32,000 bases of DNA from Promethearchaeota archaeon (lineage in GTDB: Archaea; Asgardarchaeota; Thorarchaeia; Thorarchaeales; Thorarchaeaceae): contig JALVPN010000040.1 of assembly GCA_027031765.1 (NCBI GenBank), forward strand, positions 1 to 32,000, read 5' to 3'. Positions within the stretch are counted from its first letter, which is position 1. The number at the start of each line of letters is the position of its first letter. The translations under genes were made by a program, and so were the position numbers. This document shows, piece after piece, positions 18,230 through 27,090 of the stretch. Below the pieces are notes generated by a model, which saw nothing but the letters and a program-made list of their open reading frames with translations, was not told where the DNA came from and did not search any database.

Positions 18230-18511
18230 ATGAAGGTAAAGAACACGATGAACAAGTACTGTCCCAAGTGCCGTAGACATACTCAGCACACGGTCTCGAC
18301 ATACAAGAGGGGCAAGGACCGATCAATGGCACAGGGCAAGCGGAGGATGACCCGAAAGGTCAGAGGTTATGGGTCGTTCCCAAAACCAATCCAAAAGAGG
18401 TTCTCAAAGACCACAAAGAAGGTGGTACTCCGCTACCGTTGCAATGAGTGCGGACATGTCATGCAGTCAAAGGGCATGCGACTGAAGAAGGTCGAGATAG
18501 TCAGAGTATGA
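18230..18511 (+). CDS. rpl44e: 50S ribosomal protein L44e
   Basis: YCPKCRRHT.H, GYGSFPKP and KTTKK..LRYRC..CG motifs. Confidence 0.97.
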   Translation: MKVKNTMNKYCPKCRRHTQHTVSTYKRGKDRSMAQGKRRMTRKVRGYGSFPKPIQKRFSKTTKKVVLRYRCNECGHVMQSKGMRLKKVEIVRV

Positions 18512-18523
18512 GGTGGGTGGGAG

Positions 18524-18724
18524 ATGACCAAGGGAGAGATAGTTCAACAACCGAGGTCAAGGTTCATCCGTGTGAAGTGTCTGGACTGCGAGAATGAACA
18601 GGTCATCTTCAGTCATGCCAGCACAGAGGTACGGTGCCTCAAGTGTGACCGGGTTCTTGCCAGGCCGAGTGGCGGGAAGGCGAGGCTGGACCCCAATGCA
18701 CGAGAGATAAAAATCCTGCCTTGA
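18524..18724 (+). CDS. rps27e: 30S ribosomal protein S27e
   Basis: [35 protein letters not shown]. Confidence 0.97.
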   Translation: MTKGEIVQQPRSRFIRVKCLDCENEQVIFSHASTEVRCLKCDRVLARPSGGKARLDPNAREIKILP

Positions 18725-18794
18725 GGGGCAGGGACACGAGTCTGTCTGAAGACTGACCTGTCCACCCGCCGAGCCAATAGGAGGTCAATAGTCG

Positions 18795-19592
18795 ATGGTC
18801 CGGAAACGTGCAGAGTGGCCACAGCCAGACGAGTACGTTGTCGCAATTGCTACCAAGGTCGCGTCCTACGGCGCCTACGTAGTACTCCCAGAGTACGGCA
18901 ACAAGGAGGGCTTCATCCACATATCCGAGATCAGCACTACTTGGGTCCGCAATATCAGGAACCACATTAGTGAGAACCAGAGAGTAATAGTCAAGGTGCT
19001 GAGTGTCGACCCACAGAAAGGACATATCGACTGTTCCCTGAGACGGGTGTCAAATGAGGCGAGGCGGGCCAAGAACAATGAGTGGAAGCGGGCCCAGAAG
19101 GCCGAGAAACTTTTGGAGCTCGTGGCGCGAGAGAATGGCATGACGCTTGATGAGGTGTACGAAGCAATCGGTTGGCCAATTGAGGACATGTACGGTGAGA
19201 TATACCGCGGGCTGGAACGGGCAGCAGATATTGGGGTGGAGGCATTTGCACAGGTCGATGCACCAAAGGAGCTCAAGCAACAGGTTGCGGAACTGGCACA
19301 GCAGCGGATTGAAATACCCTCTGTGGAGATAGACGGCGAGCTCTCGGTGCAGGTGCCCGGCCCTGACGGCATCGAGGTCATAAAGAAGGCATTAGTCGCG
19401 GGACTCGAACAGGGAAAGAAGCATGATAAGTCAACGGTCGAAATATACACTCTAGGTGCGCCGCGTTACAAGCTACGGATTATGAGCCCGGACTACAGAG
19501 AGGCAGAAACAATACTTTTAGAGGTCGTCGGCACCGTCACAAAGACCATAGAGAAGAGGGGCGGCACGGTCACGTTTGACCGCACAAAGTAG
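18795..19592 (+). CDS. eif2a: Translation initiation factor 2 subunit alpha
   Basis: S1 domain (EGFIHISEIS..WVRNIR, KGHID.SLRRV) and YTLGAPRY, in the conserved archaeal gene order. Confidence 0.96.
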   Translation: MVRKRAEWPQPDEYVVAIATKVASYGAYVVLPEYGNKEGFIHISEISTTWVRNIRNHISENQRVIVKVLSVDPQKGHIDCSLRRVSNEARRAKNNEWKRAQKAEKLLELVARENGMTLDEVYEAIGWPIEDMYGEIYRGLERAADIGVEAFAQVDAPKELKQQVAELAQQRIEIPSVEIDGELSVQVPGPDGIEVIKKALVAGLEQGKKHDKSTVEIYTLGAPRYKLRIMSPDYREAETILLEVVGTVTKTIEKRGGTVTFDRTK

Positions 19593-19602
19593 TGGGATGC
19601 GG

Positions 19603-19773
19603 ATGACCCAGTTACACAGATGTGTCAGGTGTCGGAGGTATACTCTGAAGGAGAAGGCGTGTCCTGTATGCGGGGCTCGTGTTGGCAGCCCAAGGCCCCC
19701 ACGCTTCTCCCTAGAGGACAAATATGGGGAGTATAGGAGGCGGGCAAAACGGAGGGCAGTGACGAACGCATAG
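19603..19773 (+). CDS. nop10: H/ACA RNP protein Nop10
   Basis: C..C..YTLK..CP.CG and PPRFS.EDKYGEYRR motifs. The start is ATG 19597 or 19603. Confidence 0.95.
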   Translation: MTQLHRCVRCRRYTLKEKACPVCGARVGSPRPPRFSLEDKYGEYRRRAKRRAVTNA

Positions 19774-20018
19774 ACAGACCGGGGACACTATGATGCGCAC
19801 CTGCCCTCTTGCGCTACTGCTCTTGCCAGGCAGTCAGTCCGACCCGTAGGCAGTCGGGAAAGCCCTGTAGAGAGTAGTGCGTACGCTTGCTCCAAGAGAG
19901 TTGTCCCCAGCAATGGCATTAGACTGAACACCCTCATAGCTGAGGCTGCGTGACACGGCATATGTGGCCATATGGGTGGCCGGGGCGCACCCAGGCCACC
20001 CGGGAAACCACAGACGGG

Positions 20019-22772
20019 CTAGTGCAGTTCGACTGGGATCCAGAAGGTTATCCACGAGCTAGCAAGTGTGGGCTCGCCAGAGTTGACATTGTTCCAGAAC
20101 AGGAAACGGACTTCATAGTTCATGCCCGGAATTATGGGGATGTCCTGTGGGTCTTGAGAGTCGAGCCGGATGACAAACTCAATCACGTTCTGGCCTGTTG
20201 CAAACTCCGTTGAGTTGAAACCGGACGAGTCGCTTGCCCATTCGCCATCATGCTTGAGATGACCATCGAAGAACTGCTGTCCGCCATAGTTCACGGCCCG
20301 AATGTCAGCCGGGTACGTCGAACCAATGGGCCGAATCTCAAGCCCGAAGGCATCCTCACCGACTGTGTAGTTAGCCATCGAGATGCCATAGTAAAGGTGC
20401 GTACCATTTGCACGAGTGTAGACCGTCGCCTGATATCCACCACCAAAGATGATCCCGAATTTAGAGAATGACTTCTCAGTCGAGGACAGTGACCCATCCA
20501 TCTTGATGTCATCGAGAGAGCCAATCTCAGGGGTCCAGTCGGCAGTGGTCTTGTTCAGGTACTGCTCGTACATCGTATAGTCAATCTTGTAGATCTTCAC
20601 AGTACCGTACTCAGCACTCGTAAAGACCAAGTCGAATGCGCCATACAGCGAGTCAGGGATGTGGTCGACCCAGTCCTGATAGTTGAAGTACACCTTGTCG
20701 AGCTGGAGACGCTGATCGGAGAGGCCCATCTGCTGTGCCTCCGTTGCATCATGGGGTTCCTTGTACAGCATCAGTTTGTACAGGGTCGATGAGAAGAAGG
20801 CCGGGAGTGTGGCATCGTCCTCGACCTGGGGGGTAGATGGGTCATCACCGAGATACGTCGCATCGTCGATGACATCACTCCCAAGGTGGTCCTCCGCAAT
20901 GCGGACCATCCACGGCCACTTTCCATCGTCACCCCCAATCTGTGGGTGCCTGTGTCCCCAGTAGACCAGGACATGCGTGGTATTCCACTGCTTGAACACC
21001 CGCAGTGACTCCGTAAGGTTGAGGGACATGAGAGCATACCCCATGAGAGCAATCTGTGTGCTGTTGAATGTGGCATTGTCAACGATTGTCTTTCCGCCGC
21101 CAGCCCCATTAATCCAGTAGCCATAGTCCCACCAACTTGCAACCACAGCGGAGTCTGGTAGTACATTCCTGATGAACGTCATAGCGGTCTGCCAGTCCGT
21201 CATGGATGCGCCATCAGATAGATTTCCGGCTGCAAAGTCAGGGTTGCCGACCTGTGAAGTCCCGTAGCTGACACCGAGGCCCACATTGAACAGGAGTATA
21301 AGGGCGATGAAAGCGTATGCTGCAACCGCATGCTCTGATGTCAAGGACTCGCTGATGCGATACCTGCGCCTGTCAAATACAGTCTTCTGAGAAACCACCT
21401 TTGCAAACGGTGAGAGAATGTTGTTTACCGCCACAGCCGCAAGGAGGGAAACACCGGGAGCGAGGATAAGGCTCAACCGTATCATGCTGCCAGCAAAGTA
21501 GACGGATGTCACACCATATAGGAATGCCAGCCAGTCCTCATCGCGGCCACGTTTATACATGAAGTACAGGCCCAGTGGGAACAGGAACATGAGTACGTTC
21601 AGTGTATGATAGAAGCTGCTCCATGGACTTGGTAGGTGCTCGGCCACAGACGCGAAAATCCGTCTGTCAAGACGATAGAACGGGTTTATCACGGTCAAGA
21701 ACTTACCGCCGATAGTCACAATGGGGTTGGAGTTGTAGATGGAAATCTTCAGGTCCGAACTCCCTGCTACAACAAAGTAGGTCGCAACACCCACGACGGA
21801 TGTGAACAGGCCAAGCAGGAGAGGACGCATGTGAGGAGCAAGGGCGGCAGCTGTTGCCTCGCGATAGCCACCGATACGCACCCAGACCTCATACCCCGCA
21901 AGGAGCGCACCGACGCCTATTGGGACCAGGAGTGAGAAGGAGGTGAGGTTGGTGAACCCGTTGCGTGGTACCAAGCAGCCAATGAACATCCCGAGGGAAA
22001 CCGTTGTGAGGTAGGTGTTCAATAGGCTCCTGCTGTAGCGCCCGAACAGGAGCATGAAGAAGGCATACATTGCGAACAGGTCTATTAGAAAGTCCGATGC
22101 ACCCCATGAGCCCATGAGGTATGCCAGTGAGAGGCCGGACAGGACCGCAGACGGTATCGAGTTCCGTTTCAGTGCGCGCGTAAAGAAGTACAGCGTCAGG
22201 ACGATGGCGAACACTCCTATACATTCATTGTCGTAGAACCCGGCGACCGTCCTCTGGATGAAAGCGGGGATGAATGCCATGAAGAGGGCGGTGAGCATGC
22301 CGACAGTGTTGTTTGATAGCTCACGGCCTAGGAAAAAGGAAACTATGACGGTGAGGGCACCCATGAAAGCAGGCATCACGACTGACACGGATACAACATC
22401 GACATGGATCCCAAGACCATTCAGAATGAAGTAGAAGAAGGCGCTCGTGAATGGGACCCCCACGTAGCTTGTCTTGGTCATGTCGCGACCAAAGGGCACC
22501 CATGTCGTGTCATCATACCAGTTGAAAAAGGCCGCATACCCGTGCTCAGTGATGCGCGTGGTGACCTTGAGCTGGAACCACGGGTCGAATGCACGGACAA
22601 TCGGTTGGGCATCGAGGAGCGGCGCTATACGTAGGAGGAGGGCTGCAAAGAAGAGCAGACAGAGGGTCACTGCGATCATAATTGTACCACGTGACACCTT
22701 CGCCTTTGGCTTGTGGAACACCTGCTTCAAGAACCGTCGTGCGGATCGCATGTAACGTCCGAGTCGTGACAT
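20019..22772 (-). CDS. aglB: Oligosaccharyltransferase catalytic subunit STT3/AglB with an extra C-terminal domain
   Basis: FDPWF, YDNE, SVAEH, MIRL, WWDYG, DNATFNST and DDGKWPWMVRI (DK motif), with many TM helices. Confidence 0.95.
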   Translation of the reverse strand: MSRLGRYMRSARRFLKQVFHKPKAKVSRGTIMIAVTLCLLFFAALLLRIAPLLDAQPIVRAFDPWFQLKVTTRITEHGYAAFFNWYDDTTWVPFGRDMTKTSYVGVPFTSAFFYFILNGLGIHVDVVSVSVVMPAFMGALTVIVSFFLGRELSNNTVGMLTALFMAFIPAFIQRTVAGFYDNECIGVFAIVLTLYFFTRALKRNSIPSAVLSGLSLAYLMGSWGASDFLIDLFAMYAFFMLLFGRYSRSLLNTYLTTVSLGMFIGCLVPRNGFTNLTSFSLLVPIGVGALLAGYEVWVRIGGYREATAAALAPHMRPLLLGLFTSVVGVATYFVVAGSSDLKISIYNSNPIVTIGGKFLTVINPFYRLDRRIFASVAEHLPSPWSSFYHTLNVLMFLFPLGLYFMYKRGRDEDWLAFLYGVTSVYFAGSMIRLSLILAPGVSLLAAVAVNNILSPFAKVVSQKTVFDRRRYRISESLTSEHAVAAYAFIALILLFNVGLGVSYGTSQVGNPDFAAGNLSDGASMTDWQTAMTFIRNVLPDSAVVASWWDYGYWINGAGGGKTIVDNATFNSTQIALMGYALMSLNLTESLRVFKQWNTTHVLVYWGHRHPQIGGDDGKWPWMVRIAEDHLGSDVIDDATYLGDDPSTPQVEDDATLPAFFSSTLYKLMLYKEPHDATEAQQMGLSDQRLQLDKVYFNYQDWVDHIPDSLYGAFDLVFTSAEYGTVKIYKIDYTMYEQYLNKTTADWTPEIGSLDDIKMDGSLSSTEKSFSKFGIIFGGGYQATVYTRANGTHLYYGISMANYTVGEDAFGLEIRPIGSTYPADIRAVNYGGQQFFDGHLKHDGEWASDSSGFNSTEFATGQNVIEFVIRLDSQDPQDIPIIPGMNYEVRFLFWNNVNSGEPTLASSWITFWIPVELH

Positions 22773-22824
22773 AGGGAGCGCTCTCCGTCGTTACTAAGGC
22801 AACCGTGACAACCTTTGGTTGCGC

Positions 22825-22830
22825 TAAAAA
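22825..22830 (-). promoter_or_regulatory. TATA box for aglB
   Basis: Minus-strand GCAACC-TTTTTA about 55 nt upstream of ATG 22772. Confidence 0.55.
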
Positions 22831-22969
22831 GGTTGCTGTTGGTTTGACAGCTGTACCCCTCTCACACACTATAGCAGGCAATAGTTCGAGCAGCAGGTGA
22901 AGGGGGACATGAAACAGGCAGGCAGTGTACGACAGGCATATTGGCATGACACTGATATGCACTGTGCTC

Positions 22970-23368
22970 CTACAGGGAGTCAATGTAGTCGCGGTACTCC
23001 TCGGCACTCATGAGAGAGTCCAACTCAGCATCCAAGTTGGACGGCCTGACCTTGAACATCCAACCATCATCGTACGGCGACTCATTGACAGCCTCCGGAC
23101 TCGACTCGAGATCCGTGTTCACTTCAATGACAGTCCCCGACACAGGTGAGAATACCTCTGAGGAGGCCTTCATCGACTCGATCAGCCCGCACTCGTCACC
23201 AGCGGTGATGTCGGAGCCCACCTCGGGTAGCTCAACATAGGTTATCTCATGAAGCGAGTGTTGGGCATAGTCGGTGATTCCCACAACCACAAGGCCCCCC
23301 TCGATACGGGCCCACTCGTGCTCCTTGCTGTAGAACAGACCGTCGCGGACTTCAGTGTCATCGGTCAT
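22970..23368 (-). CDS. gcvH: Glycine cleavage system H protein
   Basis: YSKEHEW, GITDYAQ and the lipoyl-Lys motif IESMKASSEV; NESPYDDGW. Confidence 0.96.
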   Translation of the reverse strand: MTDDTEVRDGLFYSKEHEWARIEGGLVVVGITDYAQHSLHEITYVELPEVGSDITAGDECGLIESMKASSEVFSPVSGTVIEVNTDLESSPEAVNESPYDDGWMFKVRPSNLDAELDSLMSAEEYRDYIDSL

Positions 23369-23420
23369 ATGGGTTCACCATCACAGAGCACAGGTGCTGT
23401 GTTGCTTAAATCAGTTGCTC

Positions 23421-24569
23421 CTACTCGGAGCTACGGGTCGCGCCATATCGCGATGTGTCGTAAAATGGCCACTCGGTCACCTCTGCCTTCCGGTGCCGCC
23501 CACGGATGTCCACCTCAACTATGTCCCCCACATCAACAGTATTCGGTGGGACGTACCCGAGGGCAATGCCCTTCTTGAGGAGTGGCGACATGCCACCACT
23601 GGTCACCACGCCAATCTTCTCGCCACCAAGTATGATTGGATAGTCCGGACGCGGGACCCCCCGGTCTATCATGACCAGACCAATGCGTGTTTTCTTGACC
23701 CCTTCCTTCTTGTGCCGACGCACAACATCGTATCCAATATAGTGGGGCTCGACCTTGAACTTGACAGCATATGGGATACGGGCCTCGATTGGCGATGTGT
23801 CCTCATCAAGCTCGTGTCCATAGAGTACGAAACCGGCCTCAAGGCGTGTTGAGTCCCTTGCACCAAGGCCGCAGGGCTTGACACCAAACTCGGCGCCCTG
23901 CTCAAGTATGGCCTCCCAGAAACGGACAGCCTTCTTGATCCCGGTCGGGTCGTATGGGGTATCAAGCAGGAGAATCTCGCCACCGTCCTCACCAGTGTAC
24001 CCCGTCCGGCACAGGAAACAGTCCTCACCTGCCAAGGTGAGGGGGTTGCATGTGAAACGGGGCAGTGCGCTGACATCCTCGCCAGCCAGTTTGGAGAGCA
24101 ATGCGAGCGCCTTCGGGCCTTGGACTGCAATCATGACAATCTCGCGCGACTTGTCTTCGACCTTGACGTCGAACCGCGCGGCATGTTCCTGTATGTGCGC
24201 CCAGATCTTGGGCCCATTTGCTGCATTTGTGACCCAGATGAACTCGTCGTCGCCAACGCGGTACAACATCAGGTCGTCCTTTGTACCACCCCTCTCATTG
24301 AGACACGTAGAGTAGTGCCCACCATTTGGCTTCAACTTACGGACATTGTTTGTGGTGAGGGTCTGTAGAAAGTCCACCGCATCGTGGCCCGAAATCCTGA
24401 AGCGGGACATATGAGTGGTATCGAAGACCCCGACAGCCTCCCGGACAGCCATGTGTTCCTCGCGGATGTCCGAATACCTGACGGGCATCTCCCACCCGGC
24501 GAACGGGACTACATCTCCGTGGCTCTTGTGCCACTCAAAGAGGTGGGTGCGGTTCAGGGTGTCAACCAT
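23421..24569 (-). CDS. gcvT: Glycine cleavage system aminomethyltransferase T
   Basis: FAGWEMPVRY, FDTTHM, RTGYTGEDG.E and GLGARDSTRLEAG motifs. GGTGAGGT SD precedes ATG 24569. Confidence 0.96.
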   Translation of the reverse strand: MVDTLNRTHLFEWHKSHGDVVPFAGWEMPVRYSDIREEHMAVREAVGVFDTTHMSRFRISGHDAVDFLQTLTTNNVRKLKPNGGHYSTCLNERGGTKDDLMLYRVGDDEFIWVTNAANGPKIWAHIQEHAARFDVKVEDKSREIVMIAVQGPKALALLSKLAGEDVSALPRFTCNPLTLAGEDCFLCRTGYTGEDGGEILLLDTPYDPTGIKKAVRFWEAILEQGAEFGVKPCGLGARDSTRLEAGFVLYGHELDEDTSPIEARIPYAVKFKVEPHYIGYDVVRRHKKEGVKKTRIGLVMIDRGVPRPDYPIILGGEKIGVVTSGGMSPLLKKGIALGYVPPNTVDVGDIVEVDIRGRHRKAEVTEWPFYDTSRYGATRSSE

Positions 24570-24616
24570 AGAGTACCTCACCTTCAATAGCCGAGCCGCG
24601 TTCGGTATGCACGAGG

Positions 24617-24622
24617 TTTTAT
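24617..24622. promoter_or_regulatory. AT-rich TATA element in the gcvT/folP divergent gap
   Basis: TTTTATTTT is the only AT-rich tract in the 90-nt gap. It lies about 40 nt from the folP ATG and about 50 nt from the gcvT ATG. Confidence 0.5.
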
Positions 24623-24659
24623 TTTCTTCCATATGCCGGCCGGAGTAGAGGCGGAATAC

Positions 24660-25883
24660 ATGCAGCACAATGTATACATCGACGGGCTTGCAGTAGGGCC
24701 AGACCAGCCGGTCAGGGTAATGGGCGTTATCAACCTGTCACCGGAGTCGTTCTATCAGGAGTCAGTCGTGACAGAAGAGGACAGGCTGAGGGATGTTGTA
24801 AGGGAGATGGAACAGGCAGGGGCATCAGTAATAGACGTTGGGGCCGCATCATCCGCACCAAGTAGGGTCTACGGGACAGTCCATGTTTCGGTGGACGAGG
24901 AGCTCGAACGTGTGAAGACCTATCTCCCAACAATAGTTGAGGCAGCCTCGGTACCCGTATCAATAGACACGGTCCACTTCACTGTTGCAGAGGTGGCCCT
25001 CGACATCGGGGCGTCTCTTGTGAACGACATATCTGGGCTCAATCGGGAGAGGAAGATGGCAGGGTTGGTGGCGGCCCGTGGGGTACCGGTGGTGTTGATG
25101 GCGGACTGTGATGGCCCATGCATGAGTATTGACGAGGCCATAAGGGCGTTGAAGGGGTCAATACGGACTGCACTGGGGGCGGGCATTGCCAGGGAGAGCC
25201 TGATCACAGACCCCGGTATCGGGTTTGGAAAACCATGCGAGGCCGACCTGGCACTTATCAGAGGACTCCACAGGTTCACTCTGCTGGGACACCCGGTCCT
25301 CGTGGGTATTTCACGGAAGGCCTTTCTTGGGGAGTTACTAGGGGCACCAAGGCCTGAAGACCGACTGACAGGCACGATTGCGGCAACTGCCATTGCAGTT
25401 GCAAGAGGTGCAGACATGGTCAGGGCCCACGATGTCCAGGAGGCAGCAATTGCTTCGAGAGTGGGAAGGGCACTACGGGACGCCCTCCCATGTAGTAGGG
25501 GTCATGAGGTCGAACTGATAGGCTCATGTAGCCAGGAGGATGCGGCAATAGTACTCGAACACATCGGTGTGGACGCCGAGGCCATAGGACGACTTGCCAA
25601 GAAGGCTACGGGCCTGAACATACTGCTCAGGGGGCTCAGTGCTCCAGCAGCGCTGGTGCTGAAACAGGAGATGTTGGCACTGGGAGGCGATGCAGCCTAC
25701 CACAGGGACGTCATCGACTTCCAGACCAAGACGACCGATGTGCTGCTCATGGGGAACGTCCAGCAGGTCGAGAGGCTCTGTAGAGTGTTGCGACGGGCCA
25801 GTTACTTCGGCCTGCAAGAGGTGGGTGAGTCTGTGTCAAGCGTGCTGTCATGCTGGAGAGAATATCATAGCAAGAAGGAATAG
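24660..25883 (+). CDS. folP: Dihydropteroate synthase fused to a C-terminal putative dihydropteroate reductase domain
   Basis: MGVINLSPESF, IDVGA, SIDT, NDISG, DPGIGF, SRK and RAHDV motifs, then about 125 aa containing LKQE..ALGGDAA..FGL. Confidence 0.9.
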   Translation: MQHNVYIDGLAVGPDQPVRVMGVINLSPESFYQESVVTEEDRLRDVVREMEQAGASVIDVGAASSAPSRVYGTVHVSVDEELERVKTYLPTIVEAASVPVSIDTVHFTVAEVALDIGASLVNDISGLNRERKMAGLVAARGVPVVLMADCDGPCMSIDEAIRALKGSIRTALGAGIARESLITDPGIGFGKPCEADLALIRGLHRFTLLGHPVLVGISRKAFLGELLGAPRPEDRLTGTIAATAIAVARGADMVRAHDVQEAAIASRVGRALRDALPCSRGHEVELIGSCSQEDAAIVLEHIGVDAEAIGRLAKKATGLNILLRGLSAPAALVLKQEMLALGGDAAYHRDVIDFQTKTTDVLLMGNVQQVERLCRVLRRASYFGLQEVGESVSSVLSCWREYHSKKE

Positions 25884-25885
25884 AG

Positions 25886-26605
25886 ATGGAATGGAGCGAG
25901 TGGAAGCCGACGTATGACTGGATTTGCGGGCTACTCCACATAGACCCTGCTGACGACGCCCGAACCACAGCCCTGCTGACAGAACTCCTCCGGGACGTTA
26001 GGCCGGAGCCCCTGCTGCACCAGCTCCAAGGCCTGATAACCGGGAGGACTGTTGTGGTGTGTGGGGCAGGGCCGTCACTGGAAAGACACCTCAACACTGT
26101 AGCTGACTGGACTGCACACGATGACATCACATTCATTGCTGCGGACGGGGCGACCTCGGCATTCGAAGAGATGGGGCTGCACTGCGATATAGTCGTCACT
26201 GATCTGGACGGCAACGTCGATGACATTGCGGCAGCGAAGAGTAAGGGGGCTGTAGTGGTGGTGCATGCACATGGGGACAACATGCCGACAGTCCAAAGAG
26301 AGCTGCCCCGGCTTGGCCATGTCCTAGGGAGCACACAGACCAAGCCAACAGGACGGGCTCATCTTTGGGGTGGCTTCACAGACGGGGACCGCGCATGCTA
26401 CATGGCCGCACACTACAGTCCGCGCCAGATGGTACTTGCAGGGATGGACTTTGGCAGTCTAGTCGGCCGCTGGTCGAAACCTGGATACAGAGAACACTTC
26501 GTTGCAGGAGCAAGAAAACGCATCAAACTCGAAATAGCACGCAGGCTCATCGAGGAGCTGATACACAGGACGGCACCTGGAATTGACTACTCTACTCTGC
26601 AGTGA
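25886..26605 (+). CDS. mptE: 6-hydroxymethyl-7,8-dihydropterin pyrophosphokinase, archaeal type
   Basis: GAGPSL, AADGAT, TDLDG, HAHGDN, GGFTDGDRA and GMDF motifs; 2 nt downstream of folP. Confidence 0.92.
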   Translation: MEWSEWKPTYDWICGLLHIDPADDARTTALLTELLRDVRPEPLLHQLQGLITGRTVVVCGAGPSLERHLNTVADWTAHDDITFIAADGATSAFEEMGLHCDIVVTDLDGNVDDIAAAKSKGAVVVVHAHGDNMPTVQRELPRLGHVLGSTQTKPTGRAHLWGGFTDGDRACYMAAHYSPRQMVLAGMDFGSLVGRWSKPGYREHFVAGARKRIKLEIARRLIEELIHRTAPGIDYSTLQ

Positions 26606-26661
26606 ACGGATGGCGGTACCCTGCAGGGGGAAGACCCCGGACGCCACAATGTTGGCAAGCC

Positions 26662-27090
26662 CTATGATGAGATGGCCCCCATCTTGTACGCGAACAGGTA
26701 GCTGAATATGAGCAGGGCAACACCGGCAAGCAGCATCCCGAGGAACATGAGACGCATCGCATAGTTTGGCTGGAACACGTACTTGGAACTGTAGTAGAGG
26801 AGTCCAAAGCCGAGTGTACCCATGAGGACTACAACTGAAGCAACAATGCCCTCCATGCCGAGCTGCATGTCAATGCGTGGCGCAATCAGGATGGGGGCAC
26901 CCTGTGACCCGCCCGCGATGGCAGGGGGTGTCCTGACAAGTGTGTATATGTTGCCACCAAGGATGAACAGTACAGCCAGAAATATTGCCCCAAAAACGAC
27001 TATGTCCGGTGGACGCGCAGGCATACCGAACCTTGGTCTCTTCAGTCTGAGCTGGGGCTTGACAATAATACTCGGCCACCAAGGTTTCAC
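26662..27090 (-). CDS. OSTC/DC2-like oligosaccharyltransferase accessory subunit (3 TM)
   Basis: PQLRLKRP..P, GGNIYTLVRTPPAI and R..MQLGMEGIVAS..GTLG match remembered DC2 motifs (P.LKLK.P, GG.IYD.I.EPP, R...Q...EGL.SS). Length is 142 aa. GTG start with a GAGGT SD. Confidence 0.75.
   Translation of the reverse strand: MKPWWPSIIVKPQLRLKRPRFGMPARPPDIVVFGAIFLAVLFILGGNIYTLVRTPPAIAGGSQGAPILIAPRIDMQLGMEGIVASVVVLMGTLGFGLLYYSSKYVFQPNYAMRLMFLGMLLAGVALLIFSYLFAYKMGAISS

Noticed and set aside
19800-19856. SRP RNA-like fragments (CCUGCC, GCCAGGC, CCGUAGGCAG)
   Set aside because: The helix 8 GGAA loop and the AGCA motif are absent, and there is no Alu domain.
19826-20021. RNase P RNA-like fragments (GGGAAAGCCC...ACAGACGGGCUA)
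   Set aside because: It lacks the GAGGAAAGUCC core and bulged U, the CR-V-like segment is too short, the spacing is wrong, and it overlaps the aglB stop. A cmscan run would settle it.
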